64,000 nucleotides of DNA from Daphnia carinata. Its lineage: Eukaryota. The stretch lies in assembly GCF_022539665.2 (NCBI RefSeq), contig NC_081331.1:6324001-6388000 (forward strand), read 5' to 3'. Position numbers and translations under genes: made by a program. Below the pieces are notes generated by a model, which saw only the letters and a program-made list of their open reading frames with translations, had not been told where the DNA came from and did no database searches. Positions 12,940 through 26,477 of the stretch are shown one piece after another; position 1 is the stretch's first letter, and every line of letters begins with the position of its first letter.

Positions 12940-15900
12940 AATTTTAATATTTCTTTATTCTTCTCTAGGACCTGCATTTGAAAATTAGTCAGTTATCAGT
13001 CCAGAAAGTATTACAGGTACAGCGATAAAAGTATGTCCAATATAGCCTACTTCTGTAAGGATTCTGAAACATTCAGGGGCTCTTTTGATAGCTCACGATG
13101 TCCGTTTCAACGTAGTTTTTTCTCCACACTACTTTCGTCTTTCCTGCTGAGTGCAACATATATTTTTTAAATTCTAAATTTGGATTTCTACTTACCCATT
13201 TCTATTTTTATTTTTATTTTTTTTTTTTTTGCTTTTATTTTTAAAATTACAATAGACAGTAGTACGATGTCAACTCGGTAGATGACTGTTTTTTTTCAGA
13301 ACCACAGCTTCCTTTAAAGCCCACTATATGACGCTACGTTTTGTATGTGAGAAACGCCCTAAACGGCGGCCGATTCAAACTTGCATTTTAGAATTGCAAT
13401 CGGATGAAACCCAACCTGCTATACCCAAAATAAAACATTGATTCCGAACAAATAATTGGGAATTAAAGCACAGTGAATAATATGGAACATAGGATCAACT
13501 TACGTACGGTGCCAATCCTACAGCTGATTTTATGGTTCGAAATATATGGGTAGAAAAAGTCGGGCTTATTTTTTCGGGCTTAAAATCTTGACTTGGAATT
13601 CGATGAAACCTAACCTGTTATAACCTAATTTTGACGTCCTAAAAAGTATTACTATTACCCTATAATTATGCAGATTGTAAATAAAAATATCAAACTAACG
13701 AAACACTTTCTCGTCTCTTGCCTCATTTGCCAGTGAGATAGCGACGGATTCTCTTAAAACGTAACGGAAATCAGGGTAATTTCGTAGTTTACCCAACCCT
13801 AGTCGGTTTTTCAGCGATTTGTCTTTCAACATCTCCGAAAATTTTTATAGCGTAACCTTGGTGTTGTCCAATCTTTTTATTGGCCTGCAAGTGTTGCGGG
13901 CGGAGCTCCCCCGGCAGATGTCTGTACACAGAGCGTTAACAAACCTTGTAGTACATGTAATCTGAGTTAACTGTGGAGATAAAAGCGAGCAACGCCGGAC
14001 GAGTCTCACACTGATAACAAACTAAGGGTTTGTGTACATAAACTTTTTCTTTTAATTTTTTTTATGTTAAACTATTAGTCTTGTTTTAAACCACACGGAA
14101 GTGTTGTACTTACAGCATATACGTATGGTGTATGAACTAAAACAGTTAGTCAGTGGACAGTGAGTCTAGTGTGCAGATCGCCTCCGAAGCAGCGGCATTA
14201 AATAGGAACTACAAATAATGAAGACAATGCTGAATTTAAAAAGAAATAACTAGGTAGGTAAAGGGTGGTCCCACTTTTTATTATTTGATTCCCATTACGA
14301 AACAAATTAAATGTATAGCAAACCAACGTGCTACTGATTTCATTGACGTGTCAGCGTATGGAACGTTCATTCATATTGTGATAACAACGATGACGAGCTT
14401 CCAATCACACATGTTTTTGTTGTTGTTTCGCCTGCTGCTATCGGATATAGTTATTGATATTCAGTTTCCTCATGGGTGGTCCCCTAACCAGCCATATTCG
14501 GGAAATCGTTGATGAAGGGAATTCTATATCCTGAACATTTGATGATCCCGCTTGACCTCCGTCGACACCAAACAAAACAGCCCTGCCGATCGTTATTCCA
14601 TCCGGCGTTGATCCACTGCTTTGTTTTATGGGTACACTGTCCTATTCTAGTACCCCGTCACTATTCAACTGTTTCTTTTATGCATCAAAATGGGCTCGTG
14701 TTGTGCGTCATCGCAATACTATTGCGCGGCTTGTCGCATAGATGATGAAACACCAAATAGCCAAGTCTCGTATAGGATAGACTCGTATTATCGAGGGAAA
14801 TAAAACCGTTCATTACTAAAAAACACATCAAACAAGATATGAGGGCGAGAGTCGATATTGCCTTCCATGAAACAATTCCTTTTCAAAAGTAGTAGTGCAA
14901 CCGATGCACAAGCTCGGACCGCACCCATTTTTCATCATTTTCTCAAGGCGTTATCGGCGCGCGCGCACACTTTTCAGTTTTATCCCGATGTTTTAATGGC
15001 TCAATACGTGTAGTCCACTGATCCACATACATCCGATAGCCATGCAAGTAATGGAATGCCTTTTTTTTTTTGAAACCGTGTAATTCCGCGTAGCAAAACA
15101 GAGATGGTGTATAGCCAAACGGGCTGTAATATCAGCAAACACGGCCCCATTTGGAGGGCAAGGCTGGCAAGGCTGGCAAGTCATTCGCTAAACAATTTAA
15201 AGTTTACAACCAACTTACAATAGGATGCGAAAATTTTCTAAAAAAAAAAAAAAAAAGGAAGTTCGTCGTGGACGTTCTTTTCTTGTTTATCGAGCTTCCT
15301 GGAGGCATTATATTCGAACATTTGATAAGAGGGGCGTTCCGAGTAAAACCTGAAGAGTAAAGTGGTTCGTATACTTAACTCTTCTTTTGTTTTTTTTTGT
15401 CTGTTGTTTTGTCAAACTACCTTGTTCACGACAAGAGGGCATTTCGCCATGGCTCGGGAGGAGGAACGTATGCTCCGGGTGTCTAATTTGAGACGCCAAC
15501 GCCATCGCCCAGTAAACTTTGCATCCGGCTGGTGAAAGAGAACATATCGTTTCGGATTTAAAATAACAAATTGTTGAACAAATCCCTTAAGACCATAGTC
15601 CAGCAGCATGCTGTTATCCAGCTATTCTCGTTGAAAGCAAAAAAGAAACGTTGTCAAGGATTTTTAGTTGAATTCCCGCGAGCTATGTTCTCAGAATAAG
15701 GTTCAAATTTCCGCGCCGTCACCTTACCAATAGAAAAAGAATAATGACTTTGAAAAAAAAAGAAAAAAAGAACGAGATGGCTTCCAGTTGGTTGGATATG
15801 GAACGCAGGCGCGGCTTGTCACAGAAACTGACGTTGGCTGGGGCGAAAGGTTTCCCTATAACTTGTTGTATAGTCACCGGATGGAACGCCTTCCATCCGG

Positions 15901-16030
15901 AGTCGATATCTTGCAAGCAAAGTGGAAAGTTCCAGTTTGGTAAGCTTTAATCTTGTTGTATTATATCTTTCACAGAATGTTGGTGACTCACTGAATTGTC
16001 CAAGTGTTGACAATTACCAGCTGAAAGAAA

Positions 16031-19000
16031 ATGGCCGCCTCCATTCACAAGTGGACGGTCCGTTTCTTCCTCGTGTTTTTGATCTACCCATCAGCCAATG
16101 CTCGCAGAGGACACTTTGACTGGACAGAGTTGGCAGACGAGATCGCTCATCAGCAATGGTGTGGCACAATTGATTATTGTGGTTTTCGCAATCAGCCGGA
16201 CGATCTTGCTATAACGGAATCATCCGCTAACGAAGGACAGCGCAAGATGACTGTACGAAAACCGAGCGACATGAAAGATATCCAGTCAGTTTATTTTTTC
16301 TTTTAGTTTCTACATGTTCCATGGTTGATGTTTTACAACGTCTTTATAAACACTTAAAAATATATATATATATAGGTTTTTGAAGACGGCATGCCATTGC
16401 GATGAGGAATGTGATAGTTATGGCGATTGCTGTTACGACGTGTTGCTGGCCAACGTCGGCAAGAATAACATCTCAGACGAAGAGTTTGAGCAAAATTCAT
16501 TGGCTTGTTTACCTCTGAGGTTCAAAGATAACGACTACAAGCTCGACGAAAAGGTATAACAGACGCGTATTCACACTAAGCGTGAGCGTTGAAATGTACA
16601 CAACGACCGTGTCATCATGCCCTGCGTAGGCGATCTTTCATCAACATTTGTTTTGCCTTTGTAGTTCGTCAAGGCTTTTATCTTTTTCTTTTTTGGCTAT
16701 CCTGGTTTTCCCACTGACTCATTTTCAATTGTAATTTTTTTTTCATACTGTAGTTCCATATTTACATGATCGACGCTTGCCCATCCACTTGGGTTGAAGA
16801 CGATGACGAATCTCTACCGGCGTTGTGCCGAAAAAATCCTAATCAATTAGATTATACTCATCTGATGGATATACCCGTCTTGTCTCTCGAAACCAATCGA
16901 ACCTACGCCAATGTTTTCTGCGCCCGGTGCCACTCTGACGCTAACCGCCTGGCCAGCTGGAATGTTTCAGTCGAATGCAATGTTGATATCAACACGTACG
17001 TATTGTGAATGAAAACACGTGCTGATATACGTTAAAGAAAAGAGAAAACGAGCAAACGTTTTTTGTTTTGTTTTTCGACTAATGCAGTTCCAACGTCACT
17101 AGGGCGCAAATGTTTCGCCAATCCAATTATCAGCCAGGATTGCGACAATGGGCGTTGGTGGTGAACGAACACAATGGAGAAGATGAACACGAAGGCGCTC
17201 AGACCACCATTCGATGCAATTTAGTGGTCGACGAATTCCGAAACTTTACACATTATCTTAAGGCACTTAAAACAACAATTTCATTTTAGCCCTACATCGA
17301 ATAACTAGTTTACCTGCCAAATTTCTAGTCGACGGGCAGCAGGAGATGCATACCAAAAATAGAACATTGCGCCGAGGACTGGGCCAATCCATCTGACAAA
17401 ATTAAATGCCAGTCCTATACCTTTCTAGTCCAGGAAAAACCCCAATCATTATACCGTAAATCGGTAAATACCTTCATATCAAATGCAAAACGTATGGAAC
17501 TAAACTTGGCTCTTGTTCCACTGTTTTCCAGCGAGTGTACAAGAATCCTCACTGCGCCAAGTGTAATCACGTCCCGCATAATGAGACCGTTTGCTTTTCA
17601 GCGCTAGCCGTAGATAAATTCCGCGTCGGATTTGGAAACCGTAATCGCTATTCGTTTTCGATGTTGATCGATTTCGATTTCGGCGGCGGTGGAGGCGGAA
17701 AGGTGGATCACGTTTGTGGACCGAACGAAATCTTTGATCGGTTTCACGAGCGCTGTCACGCAGTTGTTTGCGGAGCGACGTTCGTCAACGAAGCGGGGAC
17801 CTGCGTACGCAAGTCTGAACTGGAAAACAACTGGCCAACAGCTGGAACTTGGCTGAATTCTTCATGCCAGCGTGTAGTTCTAATGGAGAACATCGACTAC
17901 ATCCAGCTGGAAAACGGTTCCCTCATTTTGAACGCTAGTGGCAAAACCCTCCAGCCGGCCGAATACGAACCGAACCCAGGCGGACAAAACGTCACCGTTT
18001 GCGCGGACGACAATCAACCGGACTCGTATTTTAAATATTCGGTTGGCCAGCGTTATTTGTCTGATATTTGCCTAGCCATCAGCGTCGGCTGTCTTGCTCT
18101 TCACATCGCCATCCACATAGCCCTGCCCAAATTGCGCAATTTGCCCGGCAAGAATTTGCTTTCGCTCTCTTGCGCCCTCTTCGTGGCCCAGCTGCTTTTC
18201 TTGACGGGCATCGGACTGCGTGACGTCGTCGGGTACGCTTGGTGCGCCTTCCTGGGCGTCGCAACGCACTGGTTTTACCTGGCCGCTTTCTTCTGGATGA
18301 ACATCATGGGCTTCGACATCTGCCGGACGTTCACAGGATCGTTGACCCGCAATCGTGGAATGCCAGGTCGTGGCCAGCGATCGACCTTCATATTCTACTC
18401 GTTGTACGCCTGGGGTTTCCCAACCATCGTCGTGTCCCTCGGCCTGATGCTGGACTTTACCGATTTGGTGGACGATTACGCACCTGAATACGGTTACCGA
18501 GTTTGCTGGATCTCAAACAAGGCCGGATTGGGTGTCTTTTTCGTCTTGCCCGTCGCTGTTCTCTTGCTGGAAAATTTGATCCTCTTCAGTCTGACTGTGT
18601 TCTCCATCATCAAACAGAGACAAGCTGCTCAATTCGCAGTTGAGAAAAATCAATCGTATCGGGCAGCGAACGAGACCAAAACGATGACGGAGAGGCTTCA
18701 ACCTCCTTCGGGTCCATCGGCCCCGCTTCGTCGTAATAGCGCCGTAAACAACAAGCAACAGATCCGTTTCATCCTTTACATCAAGTTGGGATTAATCATG
18801 GGGCTGGGATGGATTTTTGGATTCGCTGCGTCCCTGGCCAAAGTGCCCGTCCTTTGGTACCCGTTCATCTTCTTCAACGCTTTGCAAGGCGCCTTCATCT
18901 TCTTCGCATTCTGCTGTAAGCGCAAAATCTATTTCATGGTGTACCAATGGGCTACCAAACGACCGCATCCGTCTGATTCATCGTCCAGCAGCCGGGCCAC

Positions 19001-19157
19001 TGCTAGCACCTGCAAGCCCAGCATCAGCACTCACAAGTCGAGCATCGCTACGCCTAGTAGCACAACGGCCGAATTTGAAAGTCAATCAAATCGGACCAGC
19101 GTCGTCCAACGGGATAATCAAACTCCGGTCCGTCAATCCTATTCTAAGCATAGTTAA
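16031..19157 (+). CDS. Class B (secretin/adhesion/Methuselah-like) 7TM GPCR with somatomedin-B-like and Cys-rich ectodomain, paralog 1
   Basis: Exons 16031-16284, 16376-16553 (CHCDEECDSYGDCC), 16754-16995, 17088-17262, 17329-17463, 17532-19157. Signal peptide and class B motifs LRNLPGKNL, AAFFWMN, YSLYAWG, CWI, MGLGWIFG, NALQG. The C-tail may continue by splicing into 19231-19705. Confidence 0.92.
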
Positions 19158-20678
19158 TGCTAAAGGAATTGAAAAAAAAAATAAAACATAAAATACCAGA
19201 ATGAAAAAAAAAAAATTAACCGCTATACAGAATGAAACTTCTGATGTAACAGCATCTTTTACTCGGCTGATGACCTTCTCTTCGCAAATCTCTTATCTCT
19301 TTTTACTTCTCTATTGAATGGCACTGCATGATGGGCGACAAGCTGACGATCCTTGGTCGGCGAAGATCTCTATTAATATTCCCGTCCAGTCATGGACGAT
19401 GAAGCTGTAATCAACTATTTTTGTTATCAATAGAAATAAATTTTGAATAATACGTCTCGTTTGCGCAGCCTTCGCTATCGGCTGAACTTCTTCTGCCACA
19501 AGTGAACGCCGTCGAAATCGTACGTCGTTGGGTCACTTCGGCTTCACCGATCAGCCGGGCCAAACGAAACCTGCCTCGCGTTGTCGTCACCAAACATTTC
19601 GTCAACGATGATGAGTTTCATTCGTATCCGTTTGTCAACAAGGAAAGCCCCAAATCTCACCTTTTCGTTCAGAATAATAATCACGCAGCGTTGCTTAAGT
19701 GCTGACAACTCATCGTCTACTGTTCAAACCACTGGCTTTAATTGGCAATGAAGAAGAGGAATCAATTCAAGTTGGAGGCGTTTGATGAATGCAGGGTCAA
19801 GGAGTCATTGTTATGTGTTTATCGTCCATATTATCGAATGGAAAAACAAATGTTTCTCTTTTAAATGTTCAGCATTGCATGCGTTTACATTACGATATGT
19901 TATATACCACGGTTTTTTTTTCTCCACAAGTTATCACGTACACGAAATTTTATCTTCAATGTTTGACTGTAGTATACAATGCGTTTCAAACCCATTGTCA
20001 GTAAAGGTTATTAAATACTGTAAACATACGGGAAACAGGCGAAAGGTTCTGTTTAGATTTACGAGAAAGGTCCTAATAAGTAAACAGAGAAACGATGCAC
20101 TAGATCACACCTCTAAAATAGCTATTTTGTGTGGTCTACCTTCAAAACACGGACTGCTTGTGTATACATCTATACCGCTGAGCTGTACTTGGTAAACAGT
20201 AACGAATTTTACGTTTATTACGTGCGGCCGTTGTTGTTGCCCCACAGTTAATTTACTAACGCAGGATTGGCTGCCTTTGTCAATCAAAATTCTTCTGTCT
20301 TTTGTCTTGGGTCTGAAAAGGTATTGGTTAGAAGAGAAGCGAACAACACGTTACATTTGGTGCGCGGTGACAGAAAGATCATACTGATTCGACGTCTCAA
20401 TCAAGGATGATGTTTGAGATATTGAAGTAGGTTATTAGTTAAGTCGTTTCCGAAGATATCATTTGGTTGCAGTTCATAACTAAAAAGAAACGTCGCCTGA
20501 TGCAGGAAGATAAATAGCGCGCTTGCAAATTGTTCAATAATTACATAACATATCATATGATGTTGACTGGCCTATTCAAACCGTTGAGTTAGTTTAAGTT
20601 AACAGCAAAAGGCAATGGGAAATCACTTCATTGCAAGATGAATATTTATGTTACGTTTTTCCTATAGTATGAATGATA

Positions 20679-20751
20679 AGGTCCCAACGAGACTCGAACT
20701 CGTGATCTCCTGCTTACTAGGCAGGCGCTTTGCCATCTAAGCCATAGGACC
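20679..20751 (-). tRNA. tRNA-Thr(AGT)
   Basis: 73-nt cloverleaf: GGTCCTA/TGGGACC acceptor, CCTGC-CT AGT AA-GCAGG anticodon arm, GAGTTCGAGTC T arm. Confidence 0.93.
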
Positions 20752-21003
20752 AGTACGACATACAACCTTAATAAGATAAAAGGAACGTATATGGTAATCG
20801 GAGTAACAGCTTGATTGCCTTATTCAAGGCTTGTTCTGCATCCTTATAGGATTGGGACAATGATGTGGCTAAGCAATAGTAATTATCCTTAAATACCGAA
20901 CAAAATTGGGATCTTCTGGATTTTAGTACCATTTTGAGCATCTAGTTAAACTTCACCATATTTCCTCTTTACGAAGTATATTCAACAAAATACAAATTGC
21001 GTT

Positions 21004-21076
21004 AGGTCCCAACGAGACTCGAACTCGTGATCTCCTGCTTACTAGGCAGGCGCTTTGCCATCTAAGCCATGAGACC
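21004..21076 (-). tRNA. tRNA-Thr(AGT)
   Basis: Same body as 20679 with 5' acceptor GGTCTCA; TTTT terminator about 13 nt downstream. Confidence 0.93.
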
Positions 21077-22367
21077 GACGTGTGCACATACACACGTAAA
21101 CAAGAAATTATACATAATTGTCAAACGCTTTTACTTTCCTTGACAGAACGTGTTACAAAACAAAAAAGTTAAGAAAAGTAAAGAATATTAACTGATTGCT
21201 TTAAAATTGCGTACGTTGTAATAGCGCATTTTTAAAATGTCGTAAGTCTAGATGCAAGTTTCTGCTATTATTTCTCTGCGCGTTCCAGACATCTTTTAAT
21301 GAAAAAAAAAATTATGGCCCAAATCAGTTGAGTCCAACATTCTGGTCCATTGCTTCCTCCTTTTATTTCAAAATGATGCAGCTATAAAACATTTGAATTA
21401 TTTACAAAAAAATTACACGAATTTAGGAGCGCCATCCGGCAATAAGTCTCGGCGCCTCAGTGGCCATCCATTACCCTACTCGAATTCGGTGCCCTTGTAG
21501 ATAGCTCTAATTGAGTTTCAGCTCGTTGAACGTAATAGTGGTGAATGCCCACATAGTAATAGATTATATCGCAAAAATTGAGTTCCAGACTCACACAAAC
21601 ACTTGAGTTCAAGGGATAGGAAAAAAAGAAATGATCAAGCTCACAAATGCAAACTCATCTATTGAACGCCTTCCGCGTTTCTCAGCAGAGCAACAGGAGA
21701 TTCTCCAATCAGCCATAAAGTCTAAATAAAGCTGAAAGGACATTTGTCAGTTTATTCGGCAAAAGATTAACAAGAAAATAGCTATAGGAATAGGTCTGAA
21801 CATTGCTTTGTCATCAATCAATTTCCTGTCAGATATCTTGATGAGTTAGCGAAGCTCAACAAGTCTTATTCTGCCATCATTGTGATCGACATTTGACCAG
21901 TCCAACTTCCAGGAAATGGAACCAAAAGAGGACAACACATTCGCCAAGCTGTGCCATGCCTTCCAGATGATATCGACGTAATTGAATTACTAATTCATGA
22001 CCGTAAGTTCTACGCCGTAGTTTTGTTAAAGGTCACCGATAGACGTTGTTGTTTAGCTACGAAAAAGATATTATACCCTTCCCTTCCACCTCTTTCGCAA
22101 ATCAATTTCAAAGGAACGATATAATCCAGGTCCAATGCTCGAAAAAAAAAAACACGACGGCAATTGAAATAAAAAAAAAGAGCAGCAGTTGCTGGCCCGC
22201 TTAACAAGGAGCATTTTCGTGATAGTGAAGAAGGGAGGGCAAACCATATACAAGAATTCAAGAGCGCAGATCTAAAACAGGCGTCCAGAACAAGTCTGGA
22301 CACGGTCGAACGCTAGAAATATCTACGGTCGATCGCCAGTGTTTCGCCAACCTCCGACGACAGAAGA

Positions 22368-25300
22368 ATGGCCGAACTCATTCGCCAATTGGTGTGGACT
22401 ATTCTATCGCTTTGTGCGCTCTCCTTCTGGCTGAATGTGTCCATGTTAATCGAGTGGTCGTCGTTAACCGACAACATAGGCATCGAAGTGAACAGATGTA
22501 GTCAGCAAATGAATCTCTGCCGACATCGCTACCCTCTCCTCCAAGACCCGATTGTTCACTCTGCTGGCACCGTGTTTGCTGGACCCGACTGGAACACAAG
22601 CGCCGTCGGTGACGACGCCGATTCGTCAGTATCGAGAATTCTCTGTTTTGAATTGCTTCGGCACAACAGACTCGAAAATTGTTTCTAAATCGCAGATTCG
22701 GCCGATGTCGCTGCGACGTTGATTGCGCCCTCTACGGCGATTGCTGTGCGGATGCGGCGGCCGTGTACGATAGTCATCCGAAAGATAGGCTATCATCTCC
22801 ATGGACGTGTTTACCTATGGCTACGGAGACGGATCGCTACACGTCCAGCCAAAAAGTAAGTTTTTGTTTTTACTTTGCCACGGTTTTATTTATTTAGCTT
22901 GACGCCTTTTTTTTCCCCAGTCGGTAGCAATAGCTATTTCCTTTTGGGTTTTTTTTTATTTTGTTCTCCCTTCTTTTCGGTACTTTTCAAACGTGCCGGA
23001 ATAAACAAGCTTTCGTCGAAGCTCTCTTATGTAAACATAAATGCTAGCGAAATCCCAGCAAACGCTCGCGTTTTTCGAAATCCGGCAACTCAATACATAC
23101 TGATCTACAGGGATAGGGCAACACATTGTTTTCTTTTGGGTAACAGAGAACGATATCCAGAATAAAAACAGGAATTTTGAAAAGAGGATATGATACAGTT
23201 GGTTTCCCATTATTGGCTATGTTATTTTAAAGAAAATTGACGAACGATCAAAACTCCTATATAGTTTTACATGTACATGATCGGCAGTTGTCCAACGGAT
23301 TCGACCAATCACGATGATTCAGTGATTGCCTTGTGTCATCGACGAATGGATACGCAATCCAGCCATCATCAATACTCTTACCTGATGGATATCCCCGTGT
23401 TATCGTTGACCACCAACAGAACGTATGCCAATATTTACTGCGCGCAATGTCATTCCGATACGCGTCGTTTAGCACCGTGGAACGTATCCATTCATTGCAA
23501 CAATGACTTTGACAAGTGATACCAATTTACTTCATTTTTTTTTTTTTTAAACAAAAGAAAGAGTAACAAAATAAATCTTCGCTTTGCAGTTTGAACGTGA
23601 CCAGAGATCAAATGTTTCTCGACGAACATTATCATCCGGGAACCAGGAGTTGGGTTTTACACCAAAGATACGTGACCATCAGTTGCGTCCTCACCATCGA
23701 CCAGTTTAACCACCCCGTTAATTACCTCAAGGCAAATTCAATTTCTTTCAATCGTTCCTTCAAGTTCTGCATATCTAAATGTTCTTTCAAAATGAACACA
23801 GTCCGCTGGTGGTAGGCACTGCGTTCCAATCATGAACGATTGTTTATCTGACTGGAAAGACACTGCCGAGGGTCATCATTGCGATGTTTACACTCTTTAC
23901 GTTGAAACCTCCGCCGTAGAGGTAATGACTAATGATTCTTCATTGCTGTTCCTTTGTAATCAATCTAATAAACAGGATGACGTTCAATCAAGGTTCCCAA
24001 AAATCCTCACTGCTCTGACCGCGTTCTACATTCTTTTTCGATCGTCATGGACTTCAAGTTCGGAGGAATTCAAATTAGCAAAGAGAAGACGTGTGGCCCT
24101 AACGAGATATACGATGGCTTGCACGATACTTGTCACGCAGTTACGTGCGATGCCGCGTTTTCGCAACAAGCTCCTGGTATCTGCTCGCCACGTCGACAGC
24201 ACAAGAGCACCAGCAATTCTTCGTTAAGCACACGGTGCTCTAAAGTGACGCTAATCAAGGATGTTCCTTACTACTCGCTGGGTAACGGAACTCTGGTGTT
24301 GAACGGCACGGGCGATATGCTCCGACCAAGCGAATACGAACTGGGTCAGAACGGCATCATCCACATATGCGAGAACGAATCACTTGATAGATTCTTGAAT
24401 GAACTCAAAAACTATCTCAGATATTCTTACGCCCAACGTTATTTGTCCAACGTTTGTTTAACCATCAGCGTCATTTGTTTAGCGTTGCACATTGGGATCC
24501 ACATCGCCCTACCAAAACTACGTAACGTGCCCGGCAAGAATTTGCTTTCGCTTTCGTGTACCCTTTTCCTTGGCCAGTTGCTCTTCCTGACGGGCGTTGG
24601 AGCACGAAATTCGATCGGTTATGGCCCGTGTGCCGCAATAGGAGTCCTGATTCATTGGTCACTCATGGCCGCTTTCTTCTGGATGAACATAATGGGTTTT
24701 GACATGTGTCGGACATTTGCTGGATCGCAAATCAAACCCCACTTGCAATTCCGCGCATCCGTACAAAGAAGGAGAACAACGTTTCGTTCATATTCACTTT
24801 ACGGCTGGAGCTGCCCGACTTTCATTGTCGCCATCGCAATGCTGGTCGATTTCACCGATATAACGGACGGCAGATGGGCGCCTAATTACGGAACTCATCA
24901 ATGCTGGATATGCAATAAGAACGGACTGGGACTCTTCTTCATCTTACCAATGGCTGTCCTGCTAGCGGTGAACTTCATGTTCTTCTTGCTGACGGCTTGG
25001 TCGATCGTGAAACAATGGAGGGAGACGCAATTTGCCATGCGCAAAAATCAAACGTGTCAACGATCAAATGCAATTGGCAATTTTTTGGATAGTCTCAAGT
25101 TGACTGACACGATCTATCATAGCAAAAGGAAGTCGTACATGAGCCGTTTGCGCACGCGATTCTTCCTCTACGTCAAACTGGGTACCATCATGGGACTCGG
25201 ATGGGTCTCCGGTCTCATCGCTGCAATGGCCGACGTACCTGCGCTCTGGTATCCATTTATCCTGTTCAATACTCTACAAGGAACGTTTATATTCTTGGCT

Positions 25301-25492
25301 TTCGATTGCAAACGTAAAGTCTATTACATGGTGTACGAGGTAATCACTAGACGGCCTCATCCGTCAAACTTGTCATCCAGTCATCGATGTTCCACCACAG
25401 CATCTACTAAATTACAAGCAGCACGTCGCATATCGGCTCAAACACCTCAAGCTATTTACAGTAATCAAGAATGCCCGAATGAGACGGTATGA
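22368..25492 (+). CDS. Class B 7TM GPCR with somatomedin-B-like ectodomain, paralog 2
   Basis: Exons 22368-22624, 22696-22855 (CRCDVDCALYGDCC), 23265-23515, 23590-23731, 23802-23921, 23993-25492. Intron positions and phases match paralog 1, and LMDIPVLSL.TNRTYAN plus the 7TM motifs are shared. Confidence 0.9.
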
Positions 25493-26014
25493 GAGTAGGA
25501 AGAAACAAACAGAGGTTGACCAATCAAAGAAGCATTCTTTACCTGGGTTAATGCCTGGAGATGTGACAAGATAGGCCATGCCCTGTATCATGGTTATACA
25601 CACTAAAGGCCGCTTCTCCGGAATATTTTTCCTTACAGAGAGGCGTATGAATCCGAGCGAACACACTTCTTTTCGCGTTTCTTCTGAATTCAAGAGCCGA
25701 AAATGGAATGAGTCAGACATTCTGATGGAAAACTGTTTCCCGGAGCCGTACTTTTATGCCCGCATTGAATTCTGGATGAAGGTCAACTTAACTGCGCTAT
25801 GTCGTATAACATAATCAGCTATTTACGTATTGAATTGCAAGAGTGTATTGTCGTGAGAAGAATTAATTACACTGATTTATCAGAATCATGTCTTTACATG
25901 AATGCCGTATTTCTGGCTTTGCTGACGAGTGGATCTCTTAAGGTTGTTAGCGATCAATGCTAATTGTCCGTTTAAAAATTGGGTGGCACAAAATTCATAC
26001 ATTTGGTTATCAAC

Positions 26015-26087
26015 AGGTCCCAACGAGACTCGAACTCGTGATCTCCTGCTTACTAGGCAGGCGCTTTGCCATCTAAGCCATGAGACC
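26015..26087 (-). tRNA. tRNA-Thr(AGT)
   Basis: Identical to the 21004 copy; the flanks are unrelated. Confidence 0.93.
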
Positions 26088-26477
26088 GTGCGTTTTTTGT
26101 GAGACCATTACAAAAGATAAATAAAATTGAAACATGAGCGGGATTCACCGTGATTATTTTTTAAATTATCGTTTCATTCGCTATTTTTCGAATAATCAGG
26201 GTTTTACATAATGAAATCTTAATGAGATTCAACTCATTCTATTATCTCGTGCTGCCTCTCTTGCATGAGGATCCCTTCATCCGACTTTATTTAGGAAAGG
26301 AACGGGACTTGCTGATTTAATGTATATTCTATCCCACATCTATGCAAAACTGGTTCAATTGTTTCAAATAGAAAAAGAAAACCACCACCAAAAATGTAAT
26401 GGGCTAGACACAAACTGGGGATCAAACTACTTCAAATATATGTCTTCCCAGAACGTTGTCTTCACGATCCAAAATAG

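Noticed and set aside
13985..14022. Hammerhead-like string CCGGACGAGTC...GATAACAAAC
   Set aside because: The catalytic core (CUGANGA...GAAA) is not intact and there are no convincing stems I and III.
23976..24046. Apparent frameshift making GPCR2 a pseudogene
   Set aside because: The acceptor at 23992 gives a typical 71-nt intron and restores VPKNPHC in frame, and the 7TM region is intact.
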